A DNA stretch of 64,000 bases. Source: Octopus vulgaris. Its lineage: Eukaryota. Location: contig OX597817.1 of NCBI GenBank assembly GCA_951406725.2, positions 55,490,001 through 55,554,000 on the forward strand, given 5' to 3'. The notes under the pieces are model-generated. The model worked only from the letters and a program-made list of their open reading frames with translations, ran no database searches and was not told the origin of the DNA. Each line of letters opens with the position of its first letter. Position 1 is the first letter of the stretch. The position numbers were made by a program, and so were the translations under genes. This document shows, one piece after another, positions 1 to 13,644 of this stretch.

Positions 1-235
1 CCGCTACCACCACCAGCATCGACACAAACATCAGTACCTCACACACATACACACACACACACACAAACATCTCAGATACTAGCCCCACCGCAACTGCCAC
101 GATTCTTGCCCTTTGACCCAAACCAAGATTACTGGCACCGATCCCACCACCATAAATGCCACTGCAGCTTGCGCCACCACCATAAATCACCACGCAAGCA
201 ACAACACTAACAACAAAAATAGACAATATTGACTT

Positions 236-655
236 CAACTTTTGGCACAAATCCAGCAATTTCGCTAAGACGATTACATTGACCCCTGTGTTCTAACTGG
301 TATTTATTTGATAGACCCCACGAAAGGATGAAAGACAAAGTCAACCTCGGCGTAATTTGAACTCAGAATGCGAAGACGGACAAAATCCCGTTGGGCCTTT
401 TGTCCGGCATGTTAACGGTTCTGCCAGCTCTTCGCCTTCGAATAAATGCAGAAAATATTCTTCCTTCTCTAGGCACAAGGTCTGAAATTTCTGGGGAGAG
501 GACACTTCGATTACATCGTCCCCAGTGTTCCACTGGTTCTTGTTTTATTGACTCCGAAAGGATGAAAGACAATGTCGATCTCGGCGGAATTTGAACTCAG
601 AACGCGCTGAGCATTTTGCCCGGCATGCTAACGATTTCGCTAGCTTATCGCCTTA
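236..655 (-). mobile_element. Two tandem copies of tRNA-derived SINE family A
   Basis: Reverse complement shows head GGCG..GAGCTGGCAGAA(C/T)CGTTA (A-box-like), GAGTTCAAAT (B-box-like), the core GTCGACTTTGCCTTTCATCCTTTCGGGGTCGAT and tail CCTTGTGCC, all shared with >20 other copies in the window. Confidence 0.8.
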
Positions 656-1149
656 ATAATAAAAGCAGTGGATATTGCCACCCCTGCTTTAAGGAAGAGA
701 GCAGACAGGAGCTTTACTGCGCCGAGGGAAATGTTTAATGGCATTTCTTCTGACTCGACGTTCTGTGTTCAAATTCCGCCGCGTCCGAATTTGCTTTTTA
801 TCCTTTAGGGGTCGATACAAGTAGTACCAGTTGAGCTCTGGAGTTGATGTAATCGACGAAGCCCCATCTCCCGAAATTGCAGACCTTGGACAAACCGTTG
901 CTATCACTGGTACATACCAGCCTCCAACGAGCAGATCCTCATCATACAACCAATACTGCCATGAAAACTACTACCACCACCACCACAACCACCACCACCA
1001 ACACCACCACCATCACCACCACTGCTGACCTCCGCTCTCTTGCTCGAGCAGAAAGCGTCCTCAGAAAGAGGTGGAGGGAATGAGAGAGTGAGGAAATAAA
1101 CAAGATGAAGTATAGGGAGTGTTGTGGGGTGGAGAGAGAAAGAGAGAGG

Positions 1150-1181
<32 letters not shown>

Positions 1182-1227
1182 CCAAGGATGAAGAGAGAGG
1201 AAGGAAGAAGAGAGACAAGAAAATAGA

Positions 1228-1264
<37 letters not shown>

Positions 1265-1594
1265 GAGAGACGTGAAATCTGAAATGGCGAGGATGGCATC
1301 AGGCATTGACATCAATCAGCAATCACATTAAGAACTGTACCTCCTCATTACACATTAAATATAATAATGGTATTGGTGCTGGTGGTAAAGAAGATGGCTG
1401 CCGTGATAGTTTCCGTTGCTGCCGTTGATGGTGGTGGTGGTGGTGGTGGTAGGAAACACGAAAATAGTTGAGTTAACGGGTGGCATTGCTGTTATTATTA
1501 CTGTTGTGGTTGTAGTCGTTCTTGTTAGTACTGGTGATGGTGGTGGTGGTGGTGGTGGTGGTGGTGATGATGATAGTGAAAATGTTAATGGCTC

Positions 1595-1812
1595 TGACGA
1601 CCAGCTGGCAGAATCGTGAAGGACACTGGACACGAAATATTTAGCAACATATTTCGCTCGTTGCTACGTTCACAGTTCAAAATCCGCCGAGGTCAGTTAT
1701 GCTTTTCGTACTTTTGGGGTCGATAAATTAAGTACCAGTGAATCCCTGGGGTCGATATAATCGACTATTACCCTCCACCCAAATTTGAGGCCTTGTGCCT
1801 CCAGTAGAAACG

Positions 1813-1863
<51 letters not shown>

Positions 1864-2331
1864 ACTATTATTATTATTATTATTATTGAGGCAGCAAACT
1901 GGCAAAGATGTGAGCAAGCTAGACGAAATGCTTAGCGGTATTTCACCCGGCAGAATCGTTAGCACGCCGGATGAAATGCTTAGCGGTATTTCGTCTGCCG
2001 TTACGTTCTGAGTTCAAATTCCGCCGAGGTCGACTTTGCCTTTCATTCTTTCGGGGTCGATAAATTGAGTACCAGTTACGCACTGGAGTCGATATAATCG
2101 ACTTAATCCGTCTGTCTGTCTTTGTTTGTCCCCTCTGTGTTTAGCCCCTTGTGGGTAGTAAAGAAATAGGTACTTCACCCGTCGCTACGTTCTCTGTTCA
2201 AATTCCACCAGGGTCGACTTTGCCTTTCTTCCTTTCGGTGTCGATTAAATAAATACCAGTCGCGCACTGGGAGAGGGGTCGATGTCATACCCTCCCCCAA
2301 AATTGCTTCCGTTGAGGCAAAATTTGAATCC
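1595..2331 (+). mobile_element. SINE family A cluster: a monomer with (ATT)n tail, then a copy with duplicated head and dimeric body
   Basis: CAGCTGGCAGAATCG head at ~1602; body and tail end in (ATT)n at 1813; second element 1890-2331 has the internal junction GTAGTAAAGAAATA|GGTA. Confidence 0.8.
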
Positions 2332-2363
2332 ATTATTATTATTATTACTATTATTATTATTAC

Positions 2364-2429
<66 letters not shown>

Positions 2430-2917
2430 GGATCGTGAATGGTATCAGGTAACATCATTAGGGTGCTTGACCAAACGTCTTATTCTATCTAGTGAATTCA
2501 CTTTATGTTCTCGGTTCAAATCCCTCCGAGGTTCTATTTTCCTTTAATCATGGTTTCATCATCATCCGCGCCATTATTACCCCTATTATTACCACCATTA
2601 TTCTTATCATTTTCTTAACTGTAAAATCGTCAACATTATCGTCAGTCTAATCCTCCTCATCATAATCGTCATCGTTATTATCATTGTTATCTTCATAGTC
2701 GTCGACGTCAAACACCGTAACCATCGTATTCCTAGCACTGATCGTCATTATTAATAGCGTGTTGGTCATACTGGTCATCCTCATATTCCCCACCATCATC
2801 ACGGTTATTATCATCGCGTCTTCACCACCTAAACTATTATAATCATTAACCATAACACCATTCTCTATTAAACGTTATCATCCATCTTCCCTCAGGATCA
2901 GCCTCCATACCATCGGC

Positions 2918-2948
2918 AATAATAATAATAAAATTAATAATGATGATG

Positions 2949-3012
<64 letters not shown>

Positions 3013-3110
3013 TGGTGATGATCATGATGATGATGATGATGATAATAATAATAATAATAAAATGATGATGATGATGATAATAACAATAATAATAATATTA
3101 ATATTAATAA
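2918..3110. repeat. (TAA)n/(TGA)n microsatellite 5' of the RLE-LINE
   Basis: Direct reading. Confidence 0.95.
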
Positions 3111-3111
3111 T

Positions 3112-4529
3112 AGAGGTCGAGCAATCCTGAAGTCTGAGCTGAATGCATATAATAAGGTGTTAGCCATAAATTCCTTAGCAGTCCCAGTTGTTCTTCATAG
3201 TTCCAATGTGATTTACTGGAATACCAGTGATATAATTAAAATTGGCAGAAAAAACCGCAGTCTACTGACTTGTAATAAGATGCACCATCCAAAGGCAGAG
3301 GTGGATCGTCTTTACCTTCCCAGAGCTAAGGGAGGTCGAGGTTTGATCCAGCTTGAACTTACATATAAAACTACCACAATCGGACTGGCCAAATACCTTG
3401 AAGCAACCAACGATTGGATGCTAAAACTTGTTGAAAAACATAAAAGACCGAAAAAACTTCACTCTATTCTGAAAGAGAGCAATAAATTCGCTACTGACCT
3501 CTTAGATTGATCAGGTTGAAGGAAATGCGCCAACTGCTGCAAAGAAATTAAAATTAATTGCAAAGACAAAAGCACATGAAAAATTAGCTAGCAGACGGGA
3601 ACAGAAACCTCTGCATGGCAAGTATGTGGCCTGTAGCAAACAAGCTGATATCGACCAGAAACACACGCACCAATGGTTACGAAGCTCAGGGCTAAAAGCA
3701 GAGAGTGAAGGTTTCATATTAACTGCTCAAGACCAAAGCTTATTAACCCGGAACTACCAAGCCAATGTGATAAAAAATGGAGCTGACCCAAAATGCCGAT
3801 TCTGTAACGATGAGATTGAAGCAATAGACCACCTAACCTCAGGGTGTAGAGTCTTAGCACCTGTAGAATATAAAGCAAGACATGACAGAGTCGGCCAGTA
3901 TTTACACTGGACAATATGTCAGCATTATAAAATCAAAGCCACTGACAAATGGTATAAACACCATCCTGAAGCTGTGACTGAGGGAGAAAATGTGTCGATT
4001 CTATGGGACTTCCCCGTGCAGACCGACAGAACTATAAAAGCTAATAAAACGGATATTATTATAAAAGATCACACAAAAAGGTTGTGTTTATTAATTGACA
4101 TGAGTATCCCTTGCGATCACAATATAGCGGCGAAAGAATTTGACAAGATCAGTAAATATAAAGACTTACTAATAGAAACTGAAAAAAATGTGGCATCTCA
4201 AGGCGACTACAGTACCAGTGATTGTAGGATCTCTAGGAATGATAAAAAAAGATACTGAAACCTATTTGAAAATGATACCAGGCTTGCCATCCCTACAGGA
4301 AGTGCAAAAAATCGTGTTAACTGGAACGGCTCATGTACTGAGAAGAGCATTATCGCTGTGAAAACAACATCCATTCATAAATTTATTTATTTATTAATTT
4401 TTTAAATACATATTTTACCTTTGAATTTGCGTGTGTAATCTGGGAATGCATACAATGAGCTTCTCTCCCTAGGTGTATGGAAAACACTCGGCGAGAAACG
4501 GAACAAAATTTGAAGAAAGAAGGCAAAAA
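3112..4529 (+). mobile_element. 5'-truncated non-LTR retrotransposon with restriction-like endonuclease (R4/Dong-like clade); frameshifted; includes 3' UTR
   Basis: Post-RT segment RLYLPRAKGGRGL; CCHC knuckle CRFCNDEIEAIDHLTSGC; RHD motif; RLE motif WDFPVQTDRTIKANKTDIII..LIDMSIP..KISKY; C-terminus ..VLRRALSL with stop at 4359-4361; frameshifts near 3510 and 4185; ends in TAA repeats. Confidence 0.9.
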
Positions 4530-4546
4530 TAATAATAGTAGTAGTA

Positions 4547-4597
<51 letters not shown>

Positions 4598-4607
4598 ATG
4601 CAGAGTT

Positions 4608-4826
4608 CTTTTGAGCGGGATGGGCTGCTCGACCAGAAGAAAACTCTAACTGGGCCCCACCTGCAAGGTCATGCGCTGTTTATCTTGATATGAGATCACC
4701 ATGTCGCGCACATATAGTTGTTATGCATGTGCTTGGTGTGCCCTTATCAGACGGGTAGTCATGATAGGTATACTGGGCTTCGTATATTTTACCCCAGTGT
4801 CACTTTGATGCACTGCTCTCTCACAC
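4608..4826 (+). mobile_element. 3' part of a non-coding dispersed repeat with (TAA)n tail; same family as 56950-57428
   Basis: CTTTTGAGCGGGATGGG...CACTGCTCTCTCAC(A/T)C(AAT)n aligns by eye to 57205-57428. Confidence 0.8.
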
Positions 4827-5538
4827 AATAATAATAATAACAATAATAATAATAATGTTAATAATAATAATAATGAAAACAAGAATAATGGTGATGATGA
4901 TGAAGATGATTTCAAATTTTGGCACAAGGCCAGTAATTTCGTGTGACGGAATAATTCAGTACTTGACTGGTACTTCATTCTATCGAACTCTGACGACAGA
5001 GTTTTGAGCTTCATAAAGAACCAGAACGAATAAGCGAGATAGTTTTCCATCGTCACTACCACCATCATCATCATCAGGATTTCTGTTCATGATAATAATA
5101 ATAATAATAATGAAATAATTAATGTACATCTATGATCGTATATCCCTGATACATGGGTCCCATTTTCAGGATAAATACGTCACGCTCAGCTGTGAACCAT
5201 GCTACGCTTATCTCGAATTTATTTGGGATAACTAGCATAGGCGGTCAGTCAAACATCTTTCTTGATCTATAGAAGAGTGACCCAGCCAGCAACCGCAGTG
5301 CAACTTACTTTTCTCATATATTATATCATTCATTTATCATTGATTCGTTTAAAATTGTGATTTTAAAACCAAACACCCACGAGAATAAATATAATTAAAC
5401 GATAGCAGATATAACTGTGATGTATTCTCTAGAAGGCTTAAGTTAGGAAGAACATCTTACAATTATTGAAGAGGATGTAATTCGGTTTATTTAGAGAAAT
5501 ATTTGTAAAGTGTTAATACTATTAATGGGTAATATTAA

Positions 5539-5800
5539 GGCGGCGAGCTGTCAGAAACGTTAACACGCCGGGCGAAATGCGTAGCGGTATTTCGTCTGCC
5601 GCTACGTTCTGAGTTCAAATTCCGCCGAGGTCGACTTTGCCTTTCATCCTTTCGGGGTCGATAAATTAAGTACCAGTTACGCACTGGGGTCGATATAATC
5701 AACTTAATCCGTTTGTCTGTCCTTGTTTGTCCGCTCTGTGTTTAGCCCGTTGTGGGTAGTAAAGAAATAGGTATTTCGTCTACCGTTATGTTCTGAGTTC
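5539..5800 (+). mobile_element. Near-consensus SINE family A copy plus the start of a second unit
   Basis: GGCGGCGAGCTG..GAAACGTTAACACGCCGGGCGAAATG..GTTCTGAGTTCAAATTCCGCCGAGGTCGAC..GTAGTAAAGAAATAGGTATTTCG. Confidence 0.9.
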
Positions 5801-6460
5801 TGAGTTATGAAGGCCTTGATGAGAATAATAATAATAACTTTAGCTTTTAGAATGATTATCTTCAAAAGTCTAAACGATATGTGACGATTATTAACTAAGA
5901 ACTAGTTGTTCAGCCAACACCAAGAAGAAAAAAAAATAGTTTAGCTCCGAAAATAAGAATCGAAACCGTAACGACAATACTACTCAGAAATTCATTACCA
6001 CAGCATTATATTGAACGCACAGATGTATTAGCTGTGAAGATATTCCCCATTAAAATATTCACAAAACCATTGAGACTTTGAGCCAAACGAAATCAACTGA
6101 ATGAATGAGTAATAATATTTATAGAGCGGTACAACGGCTTCATATGTGACAGGGTGAATAGCTGTGGTGTATATGGACACGGCAGATTCGATTAGAAGGC
6201 GCATCAAAGATTCGGGGGTTTGGTTTGGGCGGGGTGACTGCAGTTTATTGATATGATTGAATTGGCATAGCAACGGAAATGGAAATCACACTGACTTACA
6301 GACATAGTTAACTATAATTCATGAATATGCATGTATGTGTGTGTGTGTGGGGGGGTGTCTGTGTGTGTGTGTGTCTGTGTGTGGGTATGTGTGTGTATAT
6401 GTACGAATGTATGAGAGAGAGTGCAGTGTGTATTTGTGTGTATGTTTGCATGCATTCATT

Positions 6461-6488
6461 TCATAGATAGACAGGCAGACAGACAGAC

Positions 6489-6530
<42 letters not shown>

Positions 6531-6532
6531 GT

Positions 6533-6631
<99 letters not shown>

Positions 6632-6640
6632 TAGATAGAG
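6461..6640. repeat. (GATA)n/(GACA)n/(GA)n compound microsatellite
   Basis: Direct reading. Confidence 0.95.
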
Positions 6641-7045
6641 ACATGGTGAGAGAAATTACTAGCTAGACAGATAGTCAGACGGTGAATATCACTGGAAAAG
6701 ACGGGCGGGCAGACATCAGAGCGATAGAAATGAAAGCGAACATATGAATAGTAACTGGTTTTGATTGATTCCCGAAGTAGGAATAATCACAGAGTAACCA
6801 ATTCCACGGTGAAGTTTGAAATTATCAGACGAACTTGACAACCAGACACATAGACTATTACTAACAGTACAAAGGTTTGAAACTCATTTCGACGATGCGA
6901 TGTGTTTCATAAATATATCTGCGAGACAACATTGGAACCGGGAGGTAATTAAAGCATAGCACCTGGACAACATTGATAATTGATTACATGACGAAATACA
7001 TACGTACAGACTTACATGCGTCTGTGTGTGTGTGTATACATACAT

Positions 7046-7157
<112 letters not shown>

Positions 7158-7233
7158 TTATATATATACACACACATATATATATATACATATATACATA
7201 TACATACAAATATATGTGTATATATATATATAT

Positions 7234-7307
<74 letters not shown>

Positions 7308-7311
<4 letters not shown>

Positions 7312-7380
7312 TTACATACAGCTTAGTCCTCTAAATTTTGTATGTAAAATATTTTTAATCTTCGGATTTTATATATATAC

Positions 7381-7420
<40 letters not shown>

Positions 7421-7493
7421 GTATATATATAAAATCCGAAGATTAAAAATATTTTACATACAAAATTTAGAGGACTAAGCTGTATGTAAAAAT
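7308..7493. repeat. 186-bp spacerless palindrome centred on (TA)n
   Basis: TTTTTACATACAGCTTAGTCCTCTAAATTTTG... mirrors ...CAAAATTTAGAGGACTAAGCTGTATGTAAAAA; symmetry axis at 7400/7401. Confidence 0.9.
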
Positions 7494-8351
7494 TTTTAAT
7501 CTTCAGATTTAAAAAAAAATATGCTAGGACACTGGTTTTAGTTTATTGATATCAGTTTCTACCCTTATATATATATATGTGTGTGCGTGTATGTGTGTGT
7601 TTGCATGTATGTATGTTAGTTTCAAATTCTGGAACCAGGCGAGCATGTTGGGGAGGAGTTAGACAGATGCTAAGGTAGATAAACGTAGCTTTCAGACATA
7701 TTTACATGGAGCACGAAATACAGATTATATATATTCTGTATTATACATAATGTAAAATATTATGTAATGTTCTAACTCGACAGCCAGTTCATGAGGCCAG
7801 ACTTACGGAAAAACTCTATCCATAAGTGATGTATGCATGATGCCATCGATATGGTACCGTGGATAATTCCAAATGAAATTGTCAAAGTAGCCAAGAGTAG
7901 GGAGGGAGGCAAATGCCGTTCTAGTCTTCAGAGGGGGAGTTCTAGAGTGTTGTAGAAGGAATCAACTTAGAATTAATGGGCAGATATAAGCCCAGAGTCT
8001 AAGACAACAGAAATTCGAACGAGGGTCTGTTGTCTTGTCACGTGTAACACAGGTGATCCCTTGTTCGAACATGCCTTTCTCTCACCTCAAATAAATATGC
8101 CTAAGTAAGAGCTAAATGGATGATGTGTTCACTATTAATCACATCATAGTAGGATACTTGTATAATATCAATATCTTTTGTCAAACCGCGATGTTACGGG
8201 GATGTAAACACACTAACATCCGTTATCAAGTGGCGATGAGGAACAGACGCACACAAAGACACACAAACACCACATAAAAAGCAGTAATTAAATTATTAGC
8301 ACCATTTATGTTATCAGGAAGAAAATTATAATTCATATATATATATATATA

Positions 8352-9640
8352 CGAGGGACGTTCAATAAGTAATGCCTCTGACCCACTTGCAGTTGTTGGA
8401 TGTAGCTGAAATTTTGCATGTGCAATCATTTATATCTCTATAGAGTAAGTGGCAAATTACAGCTCTGAATTAATTGTGCTTTCTGATTTACAGGTGTTTG
8501 AACCGAGTCAAGTGTGAAATGGAGCCTGTTGAGTGTCGAGCAGTGATCCGGTTTTTGTATTTGAAAGGACGCACACCACGGGAGACTTTTGATGAAATGA
8601 AAGTAACTTATGGTGATGATGCCACATCATATGATCTTGTAAAACGCTGCCATCGTGAATTCAAACATGGTCGGAACTCTGTGGAAACAGCTCCCAGATC
8701 TGGTCGCCCCTTCTGCCATTGATGAGGCATCTGTCCGTCAAGTTGAGGCTGCCATTTTGGAAGATCGACGCATAATTATTCGCCAAATAGCCCATGAGGT
8801 CAAGATTAGTACCGGGTCTGTGGAAACTATCATTCATGACCATTTGCATATGCAAAAGGTGTCTGCCAGATGGATTTCCAGGTTGCTCACGCCTTTCCAG
8901 AAGCAAGAACGCGTCGAGTGCTTGAGGGTGAATTTGGAGATGTGCCAAGAAGATGAGTCAACATTTTTCAAAAGACTGATTACACAGGATGAAACCTGGG
9001 TCAATCACGATGATCCAGAGACCAAAGCCCAGTCAATGCAGTGGAAGCACCGTGACTCACCCCCTCCAAAGAAGGCAAGGGTGCAGCCCTCCACTGGCAA
9101 GGTCATGCTTACAGTCTTGTGGGACCAGGACGGAGTAGTGATGACAGATTTCCTGGCAAAGGGTACCACAATTGCAGGAGCCTATTATGCTTCACTTTTG
9201 AGGAAATTAAGAGAATTTATCAAAATCAAGAGGCGGGGCAAGATCAGCAAAGGCATCCTCCTCCTGCAGGACAACGCTCCGGTCCACAACTCGATGGTCG
9301 CCAGATCGGAAGCACAGGCGTATGGCTATGAACTCCTCCCCCATCACCCTACTTTCCTGACCTTGCACCCTCTGATTTTCACCTCTTCCCAGTCATGAAG
9401 TTGTTTTTGAAAGGAAAGCGTTTCCCAGATGATGCAGCCTTGATTTCTGAAGTCACGTTCAGGTTGGAGGACCAAGCTGGGGTCTTCTACGAAAACGGTC
9501 TCCAGAGCTGCATCAAACAATGGGAGAAATGCGTAACTCTGGGTGGTTCCTATGTAGAAAAAGACTAATAACTGTGCCAAGTTTCGTTGCTCTACTGCTA
9601 TGGGAAGTGGGTCAGGGACATTACTTATTGAACGCCCCTC

Positions 9641-9641
<1 letters not shown>
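8352..9641 (+). mobile_element. Full-length mariner (DD34D, irritans/Himar1-like), 1290 bp, TA target duplication, inserted in (TA)n
   Basis: ~37-bp TIRs CGAGGG(A/G)CGTTCAATAAGTAATG..CTGACCCACTT; TA at 8350-51 and 9642-43. Confidence 0.95.
8519..9568 (+). pseudogene. Mariner transposase pseudogene with two frameshifts
   Basis: MEPVECRAVIRFLYLKG..RSGRP / WISRLL / TQDETW / LQDNAP / (PY)FPDLAPSD with 34-residue D-D spacing after frame repair; ends CVTLGGSYVEKD*; shifts near 8710 and 9345. Confidence 0.93.
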
Positions 9642-9687
<46 letters not shown>

Positions 9688-9919
9688 TGTGATGAGGAAA
9701 GTTTAACTCTATCTGACTTTCCGATATTTGAATCATTTTGGAAAGCACGCGAGATACTTTCTGAGTTTCGGTATAATGAAACCTCTTTAGCAAATCATAA
9801 ACTTCATTGTACGACCATTGTTATTAAGAAGCGTACTATGAACTCCTTGTTGGAGTGCTTATTAGCAGTGGCGTAGGAAACAAGTTTTGGCTTGTGGGAT
9901 TTGCTTCTAACTTTGTTTT

Positions 9920-10100
9920 CAAGTTTTGGCTCAAGGCCAGCAGTTTCAAGAAGGGGTTACGTCGGTTACGCCGAGCTTAGTGCTCAAGTGGTACCTATTT
10001 TATCGACCTTGAAATGATGAACTGCAGCATCGACTTCGGCGGAATGTGAATTCAGAACCTTAAGTCGGACGAAATGCCGCTAAGTATTTGGCTCGACGTG
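9920..10100 (-). mobile_element. Diverged SINE family A copy
   Basis: TTTTGGCTCAAGGCCAGC..ATCGACC..CGACTTCGGCGGAATGTGAATTCAGAAC..GAAATGCCGCTAAG. Confidence 0.7.
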
Positions 10101-10684
10101 ATGATGGCTCTGCCACCCCGGCTCCTTGATTTGTTTGTATCATATTAGCAACTATCACGACCATTAATTCCATGACTCCTATTCAGCTTTATATAAGTCT
10201 GATAGAATTTAAAGAAAAATTAAAGCAGAGTTAAAAATCGAACAGGAAGGAAGATATTTCACTGGTAAAACTAGCAAACAAATCTCAGACAAATCACATA
10301 CTAATATCCTAAGAAAACATAAAACATTTTATAATTGCGACCAAATATTGCAATAATTTCAATGCCACGTGATTCCATTTATAAATGTTTGTGCGTTTAA
10401 TTTTTTACTCAGTTACATAATCAGTACTTGAACCATGAGGAGGAAGCATTAGTTGATCAGATGAATATGAAGGCATACTTTACAATTTTGACACAAGTTG
10501 TGTCGCTCTATTTTTACCCAGCCGCCATTTTACTGGGACTGAAGCAAAACACTAAAGGTTGTCATGTGATGAGAGTTGAAACAAAATCACATCCAGAAGC
10601 ATATAAATGCATACACACACACACATACACACAATTCATCACACACACACAGGCAAACACACCATAAATATACGACATAGAATA

Positions 10685-10845
10685 TATGACGGTCTTCCAA
10701 GCACTTCCATCCACTTCCATAACACACAAGGCATCGTTGAACCTAAAATGATATAAATAGGCAATTGACCAAGAAACCGTGCTTGAGGGCTGAACCTGAT
10801 ACCGTGTAACTGTGAAGTGAAGATACTAACCACACAGCCATGCCA
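10685..10845 (-). mobile_element. Diverged SINE family B head
   Basis: Reverse complement GGCATGGCTGTGTGGTTAG..CAGGTTCAGCCC..TTGGTCAATTG resembles 21309-21472. Confidence 0.55.
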
Positions 10846-10856
10846 AAAAAAAAATG

Positions 10857-10890
<34 letters not shown>

Positions 10891-10969
10891 GTGCGTGTGT
10901 GTATGTGTGTGAATAAACATACACAGACACATACATATATATGACATTCATAAACAATTTATAATTTAT

Positions 10970-11221
10970 AGTAAAGATTATTTGCCAACATAACATAGCA
11001 GTCCTGGATTAGGACGAATGTTGCTGTAATTTAACCCCTGGAGATATCGTCTCCAGCTGGCTATAAGACACCATCTGTGTCCTTATATTTTCGAACAAGG
11101 GAATATAAGGACACAGATCGTGTCGTATAGCCAGCTGGAGACGATATATCCTGGGGCTAAATTACAGCAAGATGCGTCGTAAACCAGGACGGCCATGTTA
11201 TTTTGGCAAATAATCTTTACT
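10970..11221. mobile_element. Foldback/MITE-like element: 120-bp imperfect inverted arms with 12-nt loop
   Basis: AGTAAAGATTATTTGCCAA..GTGTCCTTATATT (10970-11089) pairs with AATATAAGGACAC..TTGGCAAATAATCTTTACT (11102-11221). Confidence 0.85.
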
Positions 11222-11680
11222 CCAAAGTATTGTTGCTGAACATCTCTCGTTGTAAAAATTACAAATAGTAATTTTCTAATCTATAATTTATTAAGTAATT
11301 CTGAAATAAACGATTTTCTCTTCCTGATCATGCCTAACTTAAACCGCGGCAAAATTCGTTTCCAGATATCATTGCTTGAGAAATGCTGCAATAAAAAATT
11401 ATAGAAATTTGATGAGAATTGAACCTTATATCATTCTGGTTCATTGAAATCCCCCATATTATTATCAGAGGAGTAAAAGCAAAAAAAAAACAACAAAAAA
11501 ACAACGAAAAAAACAAAGGGAACACAATATTTTAAAGAAACTCTTTAATGCCAATTTTAGACGCAAATTTTAAAAATTATACTTCACGCGAAGTTTCAAG
11601 AAGACACGCGCAATTGATACAATTATACACACGCACACCCGTATACACATAGACAGAAAAATGCGTACACAACAACACGC

Positions 11681-11723
<43 letters not shown>

Positions 11724-12437
11724 TATATATACAAATATACATACATATACACACAGATACATCTATATGCGTGTGACAGTCCTTGCGTGTGTATACATGA
11801 GATACAATATATAAATGTCTAATAAAGGGAATATTATACACAAAAATAATATGCATCCATCAAATAATTTCTGTATATAATTATACATATATATTATATG
11901 TGTATACATATGTGTGTGTATATGTGTACGTGTGTGTGTGTGTGTATAATGTAAACGTACGTATAGGTATGTTGTTTTATGTGATTATGTGAAAGTGCGC
12001 GCGTGTACGTGCGCCTGTGTGCATAATCTCATACATAAAACATATTGTAGAAAACGTGGTTCTCTCAAATTATCTATTTCAATATGGAAGCTGAAATTGA
12101 TGAGCAGATATATACACACTTATGTACAACAAACACTTGATACAAGGAAAGACATATCCGACATACGCACAGAAGCAAATACGAATATGTATATATAGGT
12201 ATATATATATATATACATATAAATACATATATATACATTTATATACATATATGTATATACATATATATATATATATATACACAGATAGATGAATGGATGG
12301 ATATGTGGCTAAATAGACAGATAGGTGGTTAGATATAAATATACAAATATATATCAGTATATATATATATATGCATCCATATAAAGTTACATTGAATATA
12401 TACCCATATGCATACACACATCATAAATATATATATA

Positions 12438-12488
<51 letters not shown>

Positions 12489-12614
12489 CACATATACACA
12501 CGTTCATGTTTCTGTATGTATGTATATGTATGTCCATACATAAATTCGTGTCGATATATGTCCACGTATCTGCTCTTATATACCTATATAAATATATGTA
12601 TATGTATATATATG

Positions 12615-12648
<34 letters not shown>

Positions 12649-12751
12649 CACACAACTATCCCATATATATATACATATACACACGCATACTTCGGTATAT
12701 GTACATATAGGTACATATATATATATAAATATGTACATATATATATAAATA

Positions 12752-12810
<59 letters not shown>

Positions 12811-13184
12811 AAATGTGTGTGTGTGAGAGTGTGTGTGTATATATATATATATTTAACACGTAAAATGTTGAACGATTATAATTGAGTTGCCATGATTTAA
12901 ACGTAACAAGCAATAATGATCGTTTGCCGTGTTATTTCGAATTACATAGACGAAATATTTAATAACATCTCTTGCTTGGGTAATTACTTGCTACATTTAC
13001 TTTAATTGTGTATCCTTAACACCCTTCCAAATGTACTCTTCTAGGACCATCCATCAATTTATTAACGCAACAACCACCAATCTCTTTCGAAATTTCTCGA
13101 AAAAGAAAAAAAAAACAAAATTAATCGAGAAGACAACTAAGAACAAAACAAGAAAAAGATATGTAGTAAAAAAAAAAGGAAAAT

Positions 13185-13248
<64 letters not shown>

Positions 13249-13334
13249 CAATAATAATAGGGTTAATAATAATAATAATAATAATAATAATGATAATAAT
13301 AATAATAATATTGGTATTAATAATAATAATAATG

Positions 13335-13407
<73 letters not shown>

Positions 13408-13426
13408 TAATAATAATAATGACAAC

Positions 13427-13485
<59 letters not shown>
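13185..13485. repeat. ~300-bp (TAA)n microsatellite
   Basis: Direct reading; source of the poly-N/I/L ORFs. Confidence 0.95.
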
Positions 13486-13644
13486 TCATGATGATCAAGC
13501 AGAAAAATGAATAAGATGGAATGTAATAATATGTGATGTGTCGTAAGATATGCGATATTCAGCCATATTGTCGATTTAACAAATTTCTAGTGTGTGTGAT
13601 GTAGATTGGCGTAGCATATCAAATCTATGTATATATTTATATAC

